The notes below the pieces were generated by a model. It saw only the letters and a program-made list of their open reading frames with translations. It did not search any database and was not told the DNA's origin. DNA of 32,000 bases, taken from contig NZ_SNUY01000021.1 in assembly GCF_004376175.1 (NCBI RefSeq), positions 1-32,000 on the forward strand. The letters run 5' to 3'. Origin of the DNA: Halalkalibacterium halodurans. GTDB taxonomy: Bacteria; Bacillota; Bacilli; Bacillales; Bacillaceae_D. Below are positions 19,878-31,048 of this stretch, one piece after another. The position numbers were made by a program, and so were the translations under genes. Within the stretch, counting starts at the first letter, position 1. Every line of letters starts with the position of its first letter.

Positions 19878-19885
19878 ATTAAAAG

Positions 19886-19914
19886 TTGACAATGCGATCA
19901 CTCTTGCGTATACT
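19886..19914 (+). promoter_or_regulatory. SigA-type promoter of rplJ-rplL
   Basis: TTGACA at 19886-19891, a 17-nt spacer, then TATACT at 19909-19914. Confidence 0.75.
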
Positions 19915-19920
19915 AACGGA

Positions 19921-20145
19921 GTGTTCTGTTAAAAATCAATAGAGCTTGTTCAGAAAGAACTTTTTGAACAGGCGTTGAAACATACCGTAGACAGTAGGTG
20001 CGTGATTCGCTTAATTTCCTACCGAGGTAAGCAAATAGATGAAAGTCTTTTGACTGGACTCGTATGCCCTCATGTCTGCATGGGGGCATTTTCGTTGGCC
20101 TCTTGACTGAAACGGTATGGAACGATCCTACAGGAGGTGTGAAAG
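19921..20145 (+). promoter_or_regulatory. Ribosomal protein L10 leader (L10(L12)4 attenuation leader)
   Basis: A structured leader of about 225 nt between the promoter and rplJ. Hairpins lie at 19944-19973 and about 19993-20026 (GTAGG/CCTAC), and an intrinsic terminator lies at 20064-20096. The position and architecture fit the known Bacillus rplJL attenuator. Confidence 0.7.
20064..20096 (+). terminator. Attenuator terminator within the L10 leader
   Basis: ATGCCCTCATG (20064-20074) pairs with CATGGGGGCAT (20079-20089), 11 bp with one G-U pair and a TCTG loop, followed by TTTCGTT. Confidence 0.7.
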
Positions 20146-20643
20146 ATGAGTGTCCTAGAACAAAAAAAGCAAATCGTTACTGAAATCGCAACGAAGTTAA
20201 AGGAAAGCCAATCGACAGTTGTGGTTGACTATCGTGGATTAAACGTAGCTGAAGTAACTGAGCTTCGTAAGCAACTTCGCGAAGCGGGCTGTGAGTTCAA
20301 AGTATATAAAAATACGATGACTCGCCGTGCAGCGGAAGTAGCGGAGTTAACCGAACTTAATGACGTGCTTGTAGGCCCAACTGCGATTGCATTCCACAAT
20401 GAAGATGCGATTGCACCAGCGAAGATCATTAACAGCTTCGCAAAGGAACATGAAGCGCTTGAAATCAAAGCGGGTGTCATTGAAGGAAACGTAGCGTCTG
20501 TTGAAGAAGTGAAAGCACTTGCGGAACTTCCATCACGCGAAGGTCTTCTTTCTATGTTGCTTAGCGTGCTTCAAGCACCTGTGCGCAACTTTGCGTTGGC
20601 GACAAAAGCTGTGGCTGACCAAAAAGAAGAGCAAGGCGCCTAA
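20146..20643 (+). CDS. rplJ: 50S ribosomal protein L10
   Basis: 165 aa. SD AGGAGGTG at 20132-20139. Typical L10 sequence. Confidence 0.97.
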   Translation: MSVLEQKKQIVTEIATKLKESQSTVVVDYRGLNVAEVTELRKQLREAGCEFKVYKNTMTRRAAEVAELTELNDVLVGPTAIAFHNEDAIAPAKIINSFAKEHEALEIKAGVIEGNVASVEEVKALAELPSREGLLSMLLSVLQAPVRNFALATKAVADQKEEQGA

Positions 20644-20701
20644 TGACGTGTGTTTTATCCATTGATCGGATGATTAATATGAAAATAGGGAGGATTTATC
20701 A

Positions 20702-21067
20702 ATGAGCAAAGATCAAATCATTGAAGCGATTAAAGAAATGACAGTTTTAGAACTTAACGACCTTGTAAAAGCAATTGAAGAAGAGTTTGGTGTAACAGCA
20801 GCAGCTCCTGTAGCAGTAGCTGGTGGCGCAGCTGCAGAAGGTGGCGCGGCAGAAAAAACAGAATTTGATGTTGTCCTTGAATCAGCTGGTGGTTCTAAGA
20901 TCAACGTTATCAAAGTTGTTCGTGAAATCACTGGTCTTGGCCTTAAAGAAGCAAAAGCACTTGTTGACGGTGCTCCAGCTCCAATTAAAGAAGGCGTAGC
21001 GAAAGAAGAAGCTGAAGAAATGAAAGCGAAGCTTGAAGAAGCAGGTGCTTCTGTAGAGCTTAAGTAG
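20702..21067 (+). CDS. rplL: 50S ribosomal protein L7/L12
   Basis: 121 aa. Ala-rich hinge and a C-terminal domain containing [22 protein letters not shown]. Confidence 0.97.
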   Translation: MSKDQIIEAIKEMTVLELNDLVKAIEEEFGVTAAAPVAVAGGAAAEGGAAEKTEFDVVLESAGGSKINVIKVVREITGLGLKEAKALVDGAPAPIKEGVAKEEAEEMKAKLEEAGASVELK

Positions 21068-21077
21068 TCATAATTAG

Positions 21078-21111
21078 CAAAAAGAGGCTCGCGATATCGC
21101 GGGTCTTTTTT
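21078..21111 (+). terminator. Rho-independent terminator after rplL
   Basis: GGCTCGCG (21085-21092) pairs with CGCGGGTC (21097-21104) across an ATAT loop. It is flanked by an A-tract and followed by TTTTTTT (21105-21111). Confidence 0.85.
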
Positions 21112-21298
21112 TCCACTTCTTTTAAAAACGTTACGTCTTTGCTTGATAAGTATAAATGATCGCTTCCGCTAGTAAATAGTGGCGGCAAGTCGAGTTTTTT
21201 TAAGACTATCATGAAACTTAATCTGATGAACGGACCTGATAGGCTTCGGTGCATGGATTGACTTATAGGTGGGAATAGGAATAGGAGGGGGTGGCGTA

Positions 21299-21904
21299 AT
21301 GACAGACCATTATTATAGTGCAAATCCGATCGTTGGAAGTGATGAGCGAAGCTGGTCCTATACCCTTCGAGGTCATTCTTTTCAATTTACGACAGACCGT
21401 GGTGTTTTTTCGAAACAAGAGGTGGACTTTGGTAGTCGTTTATTAATTGAGACATTTCAATTCCCTGAAATTGAAGGAGATGTGCTAGATGTCGGTTGCG
21501 GCTACGGGCCAATCGGGATTTCCCTTGCAAGGGATGGAGGAGAGCGCTCGGTTCATATGGTGGATGTAAATGAACGAGCCATCGACCTTGCGAAACGAAA
21601 TGCAACGGCGAATCACGTAAAAAATGTTGTCGTTTATCGAAGTGACTTGTTCCAACAAGTGCAAGATCGACAATTTGCGGCCATCGTTACAAACCCACCG
21701 ATACGTGCTGGCAAAAGAGTCGTTCATCAACTTTTTGAGGATGCGCGCGATTACCTTTTATCAAACGGTGAGTTATGGATCGTCATTCAAAAGAAGCAAG
21801 GTGCTCCATCGACGCTTGATAAGCTGCATAACTTGTACGAAGAAGTAGAGGTCGTCACGAAGAAAAAAGGGTATTTTATTATTCGTGCAAAAAGAATTGA
21901 CTGA
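21299..21904 (+). CDS. ybxB: Class I SAM-dependent (RsmC/YbxB-type) methyltransferase
   Basis: 201 aa from the ATG at 21299 (7 nt after AGGAGGGGG at 21283-21291). SAM motif I VLDVGCGYGPIG and TNPPIRAG (NPP motif). Syntenic with B. subtilis ybxB. Confidence 0.88.
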   Translation: MTDHYYSANPIVGSDERSWSYTLRGHSFQFTTDRGVFSKQEVDFGSRLLIETFQFPEIEGDVLDVGCGYGPIGISLARDGGERSVHMVDVNERAIDLAKRNATANHVKNVVVYRSDLFQQVQDRQFAAIVTNPPIRAGKRVVHQLFEDARDYLLSNGELWIVIQKKQGAPSTLDKLHNLYEEVEVVTKKKGYFIIRAKRID

Positions 21905-22331
21905 CGATTGCTTTTGTGTTATTGTTATTTAATGCGTATGAATGCCTTTTTATAAATCAAAAAAGGAGTCGTTTGTCAAGTGGATCAACGAGTATATTTA
22001 AGGAAGGATTTGGCTATCCTTATATAATCGAATGGTGTAGAGGATTATGGTTTGTGGATAAAACCATTTTTTCTTTTTGTTCCTCTTTCATAGGTTCAAG
22101 GGAAGCCAGTGATCTGACAAATGGCAAAAGCATGTTTTTATAGCTCCTGTACTTTTTTAAAAAGAAGACTACTGATTCAGTGAGTCTGATTTTTAGGAGG
22201 AAAGTACCTGCGCTTTTCTTAGTATTTGTTCAAAAAAACGTAACGCGAGGCGGTAAAGTTTTAACCGTTTTCGGGTTGTTTCTTTTGAACATCCTCTATT
22301 ACTATAACGCGAGATTTGAGGGGTGAATCAG

Positions 22332-25300
22332 TTGACAGGTCAACTCATTCAGTATGGACGCCACCGCCAACGTAGAAGCTATGCACGAATCAATGAAGTT
22401 TTGGAGCTACCAAACTTAATCGAGATTCAAACAGCTTCTTATCAATGGTTTCTTGATGAGGGGTTACGTGAAATGTTTCAGGACATTTCACCCATTCAAG
22501 ACTTCACCGGAAATTTAGTTTTAGAGTTTATTGATTATAGTCTCGGAGAACCAAAATATCCGGTGGATGAGTCAAAAGAACGTGATGTGACCTATGCGGC
22601 GCCTTTACGTGTGAAAGTTCGCTTAATTAACAAAGAAACTGGTGAAGTAAAAGAGCAAGAAGTGTTTATGGGGGACTTCCCGCTCATGACAGACACGGGA
22701 ACGTTCATCATTAACGGAGCGGAGCGAGTGATCGTTTCTCAGCTTGTTCGTTCACCTAGTGTTTACTATAGCGAGAAGATTGATAAAAACGGAAAAAAAG
22801 GTTACACCGCAACGGTGATTCCAAATCGTGGTGCATGGTTAGAGTTAGAGACCGATGCAAAGGATATTGTCTATGTGAGAATCGATCGTACACGGAAGAT
22901 TCCTGTAACGGTTCTTTTGCGTGCCCTTGGGTTTGGTTCTGATCAAGAAATCATTGATTTACTAGGAGAAGACGAGTATCTACGCAACACGCTAGAAAAA
23001 GATAACACAGACAGTGCCGAAAAAGCATTGCTGGAAATCTACGAGCGTCTTCGCCCAGGTGAACCACCTACTGTCGAAAATGCGAAAAGCTTACTCGACT
23101 CTCGTTTCTTTGACCCAAAACGCTATGACTTAGCGAATGTAGGTCGCTATAAAGTCAATAAAAAATTACACATAAAAAACCGCCTATTCAATCAGCGCTT
23201 AGCAGAAACGCTTATTGATCCAGAAACCGGAGAAGTGATTGCGGAAGAAGGGTCCATTATTGATCGTCGTACGTTGGATCGCATTCTCCCATATTTAGAA
23301 AACAATGTTGGTTTCCGGACTGTTCGCATGTCTGGTGGTGTTGTGGAAGAAGATGAAGTTCGTCTTCAATCGGTGAAAATCTATGCACCAGATGATCAAG
23401 ATGGAGAACATGTCATTCGTGTCATCGGCAACGGACTTGTTGAAAAGGAAATTAAGCATATTACACCGGCGGACATCATCGCTTCGATTAACTACTTCTT
23501 TAACTTGTTGCATGGTGTCGGTGGAACCGATGACATTGATCATTTAGGAAACCGTCGCCTCCGTTCTGTCGGTGAGTTGTTGCAAAACCAATTCCGTATC
23601 GGATTATCGCGTATGGAGCGGGTTGTTCGTGAGCGTATGTCTATTCAAGACCCGAACAGCATTACGCCGCAAGCACTTATTAACATTCGCCCAGTGATTG
23701 CATCGATTAAAGAGTTCTTTGGTAGCTCACAGCTATCTCAATTCATGGATCAGACGAACCCGTTAGCGGAGTTAACGCATAAGCGTCGTCTTTCTGCGTT
23801 AGGGCCTGGAGGATTAACACGTGAGCGCGCAGGGTTTGAGGTTCGTGACGTCCACTACTCCCACTATGGACGGATGTGTCCGATTGAGACACCGGAGGGT
23901 CCAAACATCGGTTTGATCAACTCGTTATCCACTTATGCTAAAGTCAACGAGTTCGGCTTTATGGAGACACCTTATCGCCGCGTAGACCCTGAAACTGGGA
24001 AGGTTACGGCGCAAATTGATTACTTAACGGCAGATGAAGAAGATAACTACGTTGTGGCCCAGGCGAACATGAAGCTTGCCGAGGACGGATCGTTTATCGA
24101 TGAAAACATTATCGCCCGCTTCCGTGGTGAGAATATCGTTGTATCTAGAGATCGTGTGGACTACATGGACGTATCGCCGAAGCAAGTCGTTTCAGCTGCG
24201 ACATCATGTATCCCGTTCTTAGAAAACGATGACTCTAACCGGGCGCTTATGGGTGCGAACATGCAACGTCAGGCGGTACCGCTTCTTGTACCGGAAGCTC
24301 CAATTGTCGGAACAGGGATGGAGCACATATCGGCGAAAGATTCGGGTGCTGCGATCGTCTCTAAACACCGCGGAATTGTCGAGCGAGTAACGGCGAAAGA
24401 AATTTGGGTTCGTCGTCTAGAAGAAGTGGACGGAAAAGAGATCAAAGGGGATCTTGATAAATATCGCCTACAGAAGTTTATTCGCTCGAACCAAGGAACG
24501 AGCTACAACCAACGTCCAATCGTAAAAGAAGGAGACGTGGTGGAGAAGCGTGAAATCCTTGCTGATGGACCTTCGATGGAAAAAGGTGAGATGGCGCTCG
24601 GACGCAACGTTCTCGTCGGCTTCATGACTTGGGAAGGGTACAACTATGAGGATGCGATTATTTTAAGTGAGCGTCTCGTAAAAGACGATGTGTACACATC
24701 GATTCACATTGAGGAGTACGAGTCAGAAGCTCGTGACACGAAGCTTGGGCCAGAAGAAATTACGCGGGATATTCCAAACGTCGGGGAAGATGCATTGCGC
24801 AACTTGGATGAGCGAGGAATCATTCGCGTTGGGGCAGAAGTAAAAGATGGCGATATTCTCGTCGGTAAAGTAACGCCTAAAGGTGTGACGGAGCTGACAG
24901 CGGAAGAGCGTTTACTTCATGCCATCTTCGGTGAGAAAGCTCGTGAAGTACGTGATACGTCCTTACGTGCGCCGCATGGCGGAGACGGAATCGTCCTTGA
25001 CGTGAAAATCTTCAACCGTGAAGACGGTGATGAACTGCCTCCTGGTGTAAACCAGCTCGTCCGTGTGTACATTGTTCAGAAGCGTAAAATTCATGAAGGG
25101 GATAAAATGGCCGGTCGTCACGGTAACAAAGGGGTTATCTCTCGGATTCTTCCAGAAGAGGATATGCCGTATTTACCTGATGGCACGCCGATTGACATTA
25201 TGTTAAACCCACTAGGGGTACCTTCACGAATGAATATCGGACAAGTGCTTGAACTTCATTTAGGAATGGCGGCTAGACGTCTTGGCCTTCATGTGGCATC

Positions 25301-25874
25301 ACCAGTATTTGACGGTGCTAGTGAAGAGGACGTCTGGGCGACGCTTGAAGAAGCAGGAATGGCGCGAGACGGAAAAACGATCTTGTATGATGGACGTACA
25401 GGTGAACCGTTTGATAATCGTGTCTCCGTCGGCATTATGTACATGATCAAGCTTGCTCACATGGTTGACGATAAGTTGCACGCACGTTCGACAGGTCCTT
25501 ACTCCCTTGTAACGCAACAGCCATTGGGAGGTAAAGCGCAGTTCGGTGGTCAGCGTTTTGGTGAGATGGAGGTATGGGCATTAGAAGCTTATGGTGCTGC
25601 CTACACCCTTCAAGAAATCCTTACCGTCAAATCGGATGACGTCGTAGGTCGTGTGAAAACGTACGAAGCCATCGTAAAGGGAGAAAACGTCCCTGAGCCT
25701 GGTGTTCCAGAATCATTTAAAGTTCTTATAAAAGAGCTACAGTCTCTCGGTATGGACGTCAAGATGCTATCAAGTACTGAGGAAGAGATTGAAATGAAAG
25801 AGCTTGATGATGAGGATGAACAAGCAAGCGACAAATTGAACTTGAATATTGATTCAACAGAATCAAATGTTTAA
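22332..25874 (+). CDS. rpoB: DNA-directed RNA polymerase beta subunit
   Basis: 1180 aa from the TTG at 22332. [20 protein letters not shown] matches the B. subtilis RpoB N-terminus, which also uses a Leu-codon start. Contains [13 protein letters not shown]. The track's GTG at 22323 lies inside the SD GAGGGGTG. Confidence 0.97.
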   Translation: MTGQLIQYGRHRQRRSYARINEVLELPNLIEIQTASYQWFLDEGLREMFQDISPIQDFTGNLVLEFIDYSLGEPKYPVDESKERDVTYAAPLRVKVRLINKETGEVKEQEVFMGDFPLMTDTGTFIINGAERVIVSQLVRSPSVYYSEKIDKNGKKGYTATVIPNRGAWLELETDAKDIVYVRIDRTRKIPVTVLLRALGFGSDQEIIDLLGEDEYLRNTLEKDNTDSAEKALLEIYERLRPGEPPTVENAKSLLDSRFFDPKRYDLANVGRYKVNKKLHIKNRLFNQRLAETLIDPETGEVIAEEGSIIDRRTLDRILPYLENNVGFRTVRMSGGVVEEDEVRLQSVKIYAPDDQDGEHVIRVIGNGLVEKEIKHITPADIIASINYFFNLLHGVGGTDDIDHLGNRRLRSVGELLQNQFRIGLSRMERVVRERMSIQDPNSITPQALINIRPVIASIKEFFGSSQLSQFMDQTNPLAELTHKRRLSALGPGGLTRERAGFEVRDVHYSHYGRMCPIETPEGPNIGLINSLSTYAKVNEFGFMETPYRRVDPETGKVTAQIDYLTADEEDNYVVAQANMKLAEDGSFIDENIIARFRGENIVVSRDRVDYMDVSPKQVVSAATSCIPFLENDDSNRALMGANMQRQAVPLLVPEAPIVGTGMEHISAKDSGAAIVSKHRGIVERVTAKEIWVRRLEEVDGKEIKGDLDKYRLQKFIRSNQGTSYNQRPIVKEGDVVEKREILADGPSMEKGEMALGRNVLVGFMTWEGYNYEDAIILSERLVKDDVYTSIHIEEYESEARDTKLGPEEITRDIPNVGEDALRNLDERGIIRVGAEVKDGDILVGKVTPKGVTELTAEERLLHAIFGEKAREVRDTSLRAPHGGDGIVLDVKIFNREDGDELPPGVNQLVRVYIVQKRKIHEGDKMAGRHGNKGVISRILPEEDMPYLPDGTPIDIMLNPLGVPSRMNIGQVLELHLGMAARRLGLHVASPVFDGASEEDVWATLEEAGMARDGKTILYDGRTGEPFDNRVSVGIMYMIKLAHMVDDKLHARSTGPYSLVTQQPLGGKAQFGGQRFGEMEVWALEAYGAAYTLQEILTVKSDDVVGRVKTYEAIVKGENVPEPGVPESFKVLIKELQSLGMDVKMLSSTEEEIEMKELDDEDEQASDKLNLNIDSTESNV

Positions 25875-25963
25875 TCAGCTGAAAGGGGAGCAGTCCCCTT
25901 TCACTTGCTCTTTAAATTCGTTACCTGCTTTTGGACATGGAAATCATAAGGGAGGTTGGCCCC

Positions 25964-28900
25964 TTGATAGACGTAAACAATTTTGAGTACATGAAAATTG
26001 GTCTTGCTTCACCAAATAAAATTCGTTCTTGGTCTCGCGGCGAAGTGAAAAAGCCGGAAACCATTAACTACCGTACCCTCAAACCAGAAAAAGACGGGCT
26101 TTTCTGCGAGCGTATTTTCGGTCCGCAAAAGGACTGGGAGTGTCACTGTGGAAAATATAAGCGCGTTCGCTACAAAGGGGTCGTTTGTGACCGTTGTGGT
26201 GTTGAAGTCACGCGGGCGAAGGTTCGCCGTGAGCGGATGGGTCATATTGAGCTAGCAGCACCTGTCTCTCATATTTGGTACTTTAAAGGAATCCCAAGCC
26301 GAATGGGGCTTGTTTTGGATATGTCTCCACGATCACTTGAAGAAGTCATCTACTTTGCTTCTTATGTAGTGACAGATCCAGGGGATACACCACTTGAAAA
26401 GAAACAATTACTTTCTGAAAAAGAATTTCGCGCGTACTTAGATAAATATGGCCGCTCATTTACAGCGCAAATGGGGGCGGAAGCGATTCGTAAGCTGCTT
26501 ATGGATATCGACCTCGATAAAGAAGTCGATGGGCTAAAAGAAGAGCTTCAAACAGCGCAAGGCCAACGCCGGACACGTGCAATTAAACGACTGGAGGTGC
26601 TTGAAGCATTTCGTAACTCTGGAAATGAACCTTCTTGGATGATCCTTGATGTTCTTCCGGTCATTCCACCAGAATTACGTCCAATGGTTCAGCTTGATGG
26701 GGGGCGCTTTGCAACCTCTGACCTCAACGACTTATATCGTCGCGTGATTAACCGGAACAACCGGTTAAAGCGTCTCTTAGATCTAGGCGCACCAAGCATT
26801 ATTGTGCAAAACGAGAAGCGTATGCTGCAAGAAGCGGTTGACGCTCTCATCGATAACGGTCGCCGTGGTCGCCCTGTGACAGGTCCTGGTAACCGCCCAC
26901 TTAAATCTCTTTCTCATATGTTGAAAGGGAAGCAAGGGCGCTTCCGTCAAAACCTTCTCGGGAAGCGTGTAGACTACTCGGGTCGTTCCGTTATCGTCGT
27001 AGGTCCGAACTTAAAAATGTATCAGTGCGGCCTGCCAAAGGAAATGGCGCTTGAGCTGTTCAAGCCATTTGTCATGAAAGAGCTTGTTAGCAAAGGGTTA
27101 GCACATAACATTAAAAGCGCGAAACGAAAAGTGGAACGGGTACAACCAGAGGTATGGGACGTTCTTGAAGAAGTTATCAAAGAGCATCCGGTTCTTCTTA
27201 ACCGTGCACCGACCCTTCACCGTTTAGGAATCCAAGCGTTTGAGCCGACACTCGTGGAAGGTCGTGCGATCAAGCTGCATCCGCTTGTATGTACAGCGTA
27301 TAATGCCGACTTTGACGGGGACCAAATGGCGGTTCACGTCCCGCTATCAGCAGAAGCTCAAGCTGAGGCGCGGATTTTAATGTTGGCTGCGCAAAACATC
27401 TTAAACCCGAAAGATGGAAAGCCGGTTGTTACGCCGTCACAAGATATGGTTCTTGGGAACTACTATTTGACGATGGAGCGTGAAGGTGCAAAAGGCGAAG
27501 GTTCTGTATTTAAAGATACGAACGAAGCTTTAATCGCGTACCAAAACGGCTATGTTCATTTGCATACGCGGATTGCGATTCCTGTTGCTTCTTTAGGGAA
27601 AACGACATTTAAAGAAGAGCAAAACTCTCAGTTGTTGTTAACAACGGTTGGAAAGCTTATTTTTAATGAGATTTTACCTGAATCGTTCCCTTATGTGAAT
27701 GAGCCAACTGCTCATAACTTAGAGGTGGAAACACCGAGCAAGTATATGGTTCCGACTTCAACCAATGTGAAGGAACTTTTCCAAGAGCGTGATGTAGTCG
27801 CTCCATTTAAGAAAGGATTCCTTGGAAACATCATTGCTGAAGTGTTTAAGAAGTTTAAGATTACCGAAACGTCTAAAATGCTTGACCGTATGAAAGACCT
27901 CGGGTTTAAATACTCAACGAAAGCTGGTATTACGGTCGGTGTTGCCGATATCGTAGTCCTGCCAGAGAAGAAGGAAATTCTTGCTGAAGCTGAGAAAAAG
28001 GTTGATCGTGTGCTTAAGCAATTCCGCCGTGGTTTAATTACGGAAGAAGAGCGTTATGACCGTGTCATCTCCATCTGGAGTGAAGCGAAGGATGTCATTC
28101 AAGATAAGTTGATGGGCTCCTTAGATAAACGCAACCCGATCTTTATGATGAGTGACTCTGGTGCCCGTGGTAACGCCTCTAACTTTACACAGTTAGCAGG
28201 TATGCGTGGGTTAATGGCGAACCCGTCCGGTCGAATTATCGAACTTCCAATTAAATCAAGCTTCCGTGAAGGGTTAACCGTCCTCGAGTACTTTATTTCG
28301 ACTCACGGTGCCCGTAAAGGTCTTGCCGATACAGCCCTTAAGACAGCTGACTCTGGTTACTTAACACGACGTCTTGTTGACGTTGCCCAGGATGTCATCG
28401 TTCGCGAGGATGATTGTGGTACGGATCGTGGCTTAGAAGTGGAAGCCATTAAGGAAGGGAACGAAATCATTGAAGGTCTTTACGACCGACTTGTTGGCCG
28501 CGTAGCCTTTAAGACGGTTCGTCACCCTGAAACCGGTGAGCCGATTGTAAAGAAAAACGAGCTAATTCACGAAGATCTCGCAAAGGAAATTGTTGAAGCT
28601 GGAGTTGAACAAGTAACGATTCGCTCTGTCTTCACATGCGATACACGTCACGGTGTATGTAAAAAATGCTACGGCCGCAACCTTGCAACAGGTAGCGATG
28701 TAGAAGTTGGCGAAGCGGTAGGTATCATCGCAGCTCAATCGATCGGTGAACCAGGAACGCAGTTAACGATGCGTACGTTCCACACCGGTGGGGTTGCGGG
28801 AGACGATATTACTCAAGGTCTTCCGCGGATTCAGGAGCTATTCGAAGCTCGTAATCCAAAAGGGCAAGCGGTTATCACCGAGATTGAAGGGGAAGTTACC

Positions 28901-29584
28901 AACATTAATGATGCAGATAAGCGCGAAATTACGGTCAAAGGTGAAATGGAGACGAAAACTTACTCCATTCCTTACGGCGCTCGTATTAAAGTAGAGCTTG
29001 GCGAGCAAGTCGTTCCGGGACAGAGCTTAACTGAAGGGTCTATTGATCCGAAAGAGTTGCTGAAAGTTCAAGGGATGACAGGTGTTCAAGAATACTTGCT
29101 TCGTGAAGTACAAAAAGTATACCGTATGCAAGGGGTAGAAATTGGCGACAAGCACGTAGAAGTGATGGTTCGTCAAATGCTACGTAAGATTCGCGTTATT
29201 GATGCAGGGGACACAGAAGTGTTGCCAGGCTCTCTAATTGAGATCCAACACTTTAATGATGAGAACAAAAAAGTTCTCCTTTCAGGAAAACGCCCTGCAA
29301 CCGGTCGCCCAGTCTTACTTGGAATTACGAAAGCATCCCTTGAAACAGACTCGTTCCTATCAGCCGCATCGTTCCAGGAAACGACGCGTGTTCTTACCGA
29401 TGCAGCCATTAAAGGGAAAAGAGATGAGCTTGTTGGCCTAAAAGAAAATGTCATCATCGGGAAGCTCGTGCCAGCAGGTACAGGTATGAACCGTTACCGT
29501 AACTTAGACATTGTGTCCGATTATGACCAACAAGCCGTTGGTACCGAAGAAGCAGTGATGGAAGAAGCGGTAACGACAGAATAA
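25964..29584 (+). CDS. rpoC: DNA-directed RNA polymerase beta' subunit
   Basis: 1206 aa from the TTG at 25964 (7 nt after AAGGGAGGT at 25948-25956). [17 protein letters not shown] resembles the B. subtilis N-terminus. Catalytic NADFDGDQM motif is present. Confidence 0.97.
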   Translation: MIDVNNFEYMKIGLASPNKIRSWSRGEVKKPETINYRTLKPEKDGLFCERIFGPQKDWECHCGKYKRVRYKGVVCDRCGVEVTRAKVRRERMGHIELAAPVSHIWYFKGIPSRMGLVLDMSPRSLEEVIYFASYVVTDPGDTPLEKKQLLSEKEFRAYLDKYGRSFTAQMGAEAIRKLLMDIDLDKEVDGLKEELQTAQGQRRTRAIKRLEVLEAFRNSGNEPSWMILDVLPVIPPELRPMVQLDGGRFATSDLNDLYRRVINRNNRLKRLLDLGAPSIIVQNEKRMLQEAVDALIDNGRRGRPVTGPGNRPLKSLSHMLKGKQGRFRQNLLGKRVDYSGRSVIVVGPNLKMYQCGLPKEMALELFKPFVMKELVSKGLAHNIKSAKRKVERVQPEVWDVLEEVIKEHPVLLNRAPTLHRLGIQAFEPTLVEGRAIKLHPLVCTAYNADFDGDQMAVHVPLSAEAQAEARILMLAAQNILNPKDGKPVVTPSQDMVLGNYYLTMEREGAKGEGSVFKDTNEALIAYQNGYVHLHTRIAIPVASLGKTTFKEEQNSQLLLTTVGKLIFNEILPESFPYVNEPTAHNLEVETPSKYMVPTSTNVKELFQERDVVAPFKKGFLGNIIAEVFKKFKITETSKMLDRMKDLGFKYSTKAGITVGVADIVVLPEKKEILAEAEKKVDRVLKQFRRGLITEEERYDRVISIWSEAKDVIQDKLMGSLDKRNPIFMMSDSGARGNASNFTQLAGMRGLMANPSGRIIELPIKSSFREGLTVLEYFISTHGARKGLADTALKTADSGYLTRRLVDVAQDVIVREDDCGTDRGLEVEAIKEGNEIIEGLYDRLVGRVAFKTVRHPETGEPIVKKNELIHEDLAKEIVEAGVEQVTIRSVFTCDTRHGVCKKCYGRNLATGSDVEVGEAVGIIAAQSIGEPGTQLTMRTFHTGGVAGDDITQGLPRIQELFEARNPKGQAVITEIEGEVTNINDADKREITVKGEMETKTYSIPYGARIKVELGEQVVPGQSLTEGSIDPKELLKVQGMTGVQEYLLREVQKVYRMQGVEIGDKHVEVMVRQMLRKIRVIDAGDTEVLPGSLIEIQHFNDENKKVLLSGKRPATGRPVLLGITKASLETDSFLSAASFQETTRVLTDAAIKGKRDELVGLKENVIIGKLVPAGTGMNRYRNLDIVSDYDQQAVGTEEAVMEEAVTTE

Positions 29585-29614
29585 AAGTTTTTCATAACCT
29601 TTACAAAGAAGTGG

Positions 29615-29643
29615 TTGACACGTAAAATACACGATGATATGAT
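29615..29643 (+). promoter_or_regulatory. SigA-type promoter (extended -10) of ybxF-rpsL-rpsG-fusA
   Basis: TTGACA at 29615-29620, a 17-nt spacer ending in TGa, then TATGAT at 29638-29643. Confidence 0.75.
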
Positions 29644-29690
29644 ATCTGAGTGTGCCTAGGAGAATACCTGTAACTTTGGAGGATCGATCC

Positions 29691-29939
29691 ATGTCTTATG
29701 AAAAAGTTTCGCAGGCTACGGACTTAGTCATAGGTACGAAGCAAACTCTTAAAGCGCTTGAGCAAGAAGAGGTGCTTGAGGTCGTCATTGCAAAAGATGC
29801 GGAGCCCCGCGTTGTCAATAAAGTAGAAGCAATGGCAAGTGTTAAGCAGATCCCTATCATCTATGTCGATTCGATGAAAAAGCTTGGGAAAGCTTGTGGG
29901 ATCGATGTTGGTGCAGCCACTGTAGCATTGAAAAAGTAA
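29691..29939 (+). CDS. ybxF: L7Ae-family K-turn-binding protein YbxF
   Basis: 82 aa from the ATG at 29691 (7 nt after GGAGGA at 29678-29683). L7Ae-like GTKQTLKALEQEEVLEVVIAKDAEP. Syntenic with B. subtilis ybxF. Confidence 0.9.
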   Translation: MSYEKVSQATDLVIGTKQTLKALEQEEVLEVVIAKDAEPRVVNKVEAMASVKQIPIIYVDSMKKLGKACGIDVGAATVALKK

Positions 29940-29943
29940 TAAT

Positions 29944-29990
29944 GTTTTTGCCTTGCGGAGCACTCCGCTAGGCAAAAACTTTACTTTTAC
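29944..29990 (+). terminator. Long hairpin plus T-rich tail between ybxF and rpsL (attenuator or processing candidate)
   Basis: GTTTTTGCCT (29944-29953) pairs with AGGCAAAAAC (29970-29979), enclosing GCGGA/TCCGC. That gives about 15 bp, followed by TTTACTTTTAC. Confidence 0.5.
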
Positions 29991-30055
29991 TTAAAAATGA
30001 ACCACCAGGATCAGTGGTCTTGAAAAACACTGTTAAGGAAGGGAGGAAAACATAG

Positions 30056-30475
30056 ATGCCTACAATTAATCAGCTAATCCGTAAAGGACGTAAGGCTAAG
30101 GTGAAAAAGTCCGACTCACCTGCGCTTAATAAAGGCTACAACAGCTTCAAAAAAGTGCAAACAGACTTGTCTTCTCCGCAAAAACGCGGTGTTTGTACGC
30201 GTGTCGGTACGATGACACCGAAGAAGCCGAACTCAGCGCTTCGTAAATATGCTCGTGTGCGTCTATCGAACCAAATCGAGGTAACAGCGTACATCCCAGG
30301 AATCGGACACAACCTCCAAGAGCACAGCGTTGTGCTTATTCGCGGAGGCCGTGTAAAAGACTTACCAGGGGTACGTTACCATATCGTTCGTGGAGCTCTT
30401 GATACGGCTGGTGTTCAAGATCGTATGCAAGGTCGCTCAAAATACGGTACGAAACGTCCAAAAGACAAGAAGTAA
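30056..30475 (+). CDS. rpsL: 30S ribosomal protein S12
   Basis: 139 aa. [12 protein letters not shown] and [10 protein letters not shown]. Confidence 0.98.
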   Translation: MPTINQLIRKGRKAKVKKSDSPALNKGYNSFKKVQTDLSSPQKRGVCTRVGTMTPKKPNSALRKYARVRLSNQIEVTAYIPGIGHNLQEHSVVLIRGGRVKDLPGVRYHIVRGALDTAGVQDRMQGRSKYGTKRPKDKK

Positions 30476-30521
30476 TGGTTGGATAAAACAATTTGTTTAA
30501 ATGTTGAAAGGAGGGGAAACA

Positions 30522-30992
30522 ATGCCTCGTAAAGGACCTGTCGCACGTCGCGATGTATTACCAGATCCAATTTACAATTCTAAGCTTGTTACTCGCCTCA
30601 TTAACCGCATCATGGTTGATGGAAAGCGCGGGATTGCACAAAAGATTTTATACAATGCGTTTGAACTTGTTAGAGAACGTAGCGGAAAAGATCCTATGGA
30701 AGTGTTCGATCAAGCGTTAAAGAACATCATGCCTGTTCTTGAAGTTAAAGCACGCCGTGTAGGTGGTGCCAACTATCAAGTACCAGTGGAAGTGAAGCCT
30801 GAGCGCCGCACGACATTAGGACTTCGTTGGTTAGTGAACTACTCTCGCCTTCGTGGTGAAAAAACGATGGAAGAGCGTTTAGCTAACGAAATTCTAGATG
30901 CTGCAAACAACACAGGTGCCGCTGTGAAGAAGCGTGAGGATACTCACAAAATGGCGGAAGCGAACAAAGCGTTTGCACACTATCGTTGGTAG
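30522..30992 (+). CDS. rpsG: 30S ribosomal protein S7
   Basis: 156 aa from the ATG at 30522 (after AAGGAGGGG at 30508-30516). [18 protein letters not shown]. Confidence 0.98.
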   Translation: MPRKGPVARRDVLPDPIYNSKLVTRLINRIMVDGKRGIAQKILYNAFELVRERSGKDPMEVFDQALKNIMPVLEVKARRVGGANYQVPVEVKPERRTTLGLRWLVNYSRLRGEKTMEERLANEILDAANNTGAAVKKREDTHKMAEANKAFAHYRW

Positions 30993-31007
30993 GATCAAGT
31001 TAAGATA

Positions 31008-31048
31008 TTTGTTCAAAAAGAACGGCTTCAAGCCGGCCTTTTTGAACA
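31008..31048 (+). terminator. A/U-clamped hairpin between rpsG and fusA
   Basis: TTGTTCAAAAAG (31008-31019) pairs perfectly with CTTTTTGAACAA (31037-31048), enclosing CGGC-ttcaa-GCCG. The U-run lies inside the 3' arm. Confidence 0.5.

Noticed and set aside
21916-22143. A 75-aa + strand ORF in the ybxB-rpoB spacer.
   Set aside because: It has a GTG start without an SD and an F/S/C-rich odd composition. It spans a terminator-like hairpin and resembles nothing I know. I treat it as non-coding.
22241-22313. A 9-nt direct repeat TAACGCGAG at 22241-22249 and 22305-22313 in the rpoB leader.
   Set aside because: A single 9-mer repeat within about 400 nt is near chance expectation (roughly 0.3 expected). 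It has no supporting structure.
1350-25964. Apparent excess of non-ATG starts (mcsA TTG, radA GTG, rlmB GTG, rpmG TTG, secE GTG, rplK GTG, rpoB TTG, rpoC TTG).
   Set aside because: Eight of about 30 genes is within the usual Bacillus range. Several of them (rpoB, for example) also use non-ATG starts in B. subtilis.
17119-30521. N-terminal extensions in the ORF track (rpmG 88 aa, rplK 159 aa, secE 71 aa, ybxF 95 aa, rpsG 163 aa, cysS 477 aa, ispD 235 aa, sigH 223 aa, ybxB 211 aa, rpoC 1217 aa).
   Set aside because: These are artefacts of calling the longest ORF. In each case a strong SD sits 5-8 nt before an internal start that reproduces the conserved ortholog N-terminus.
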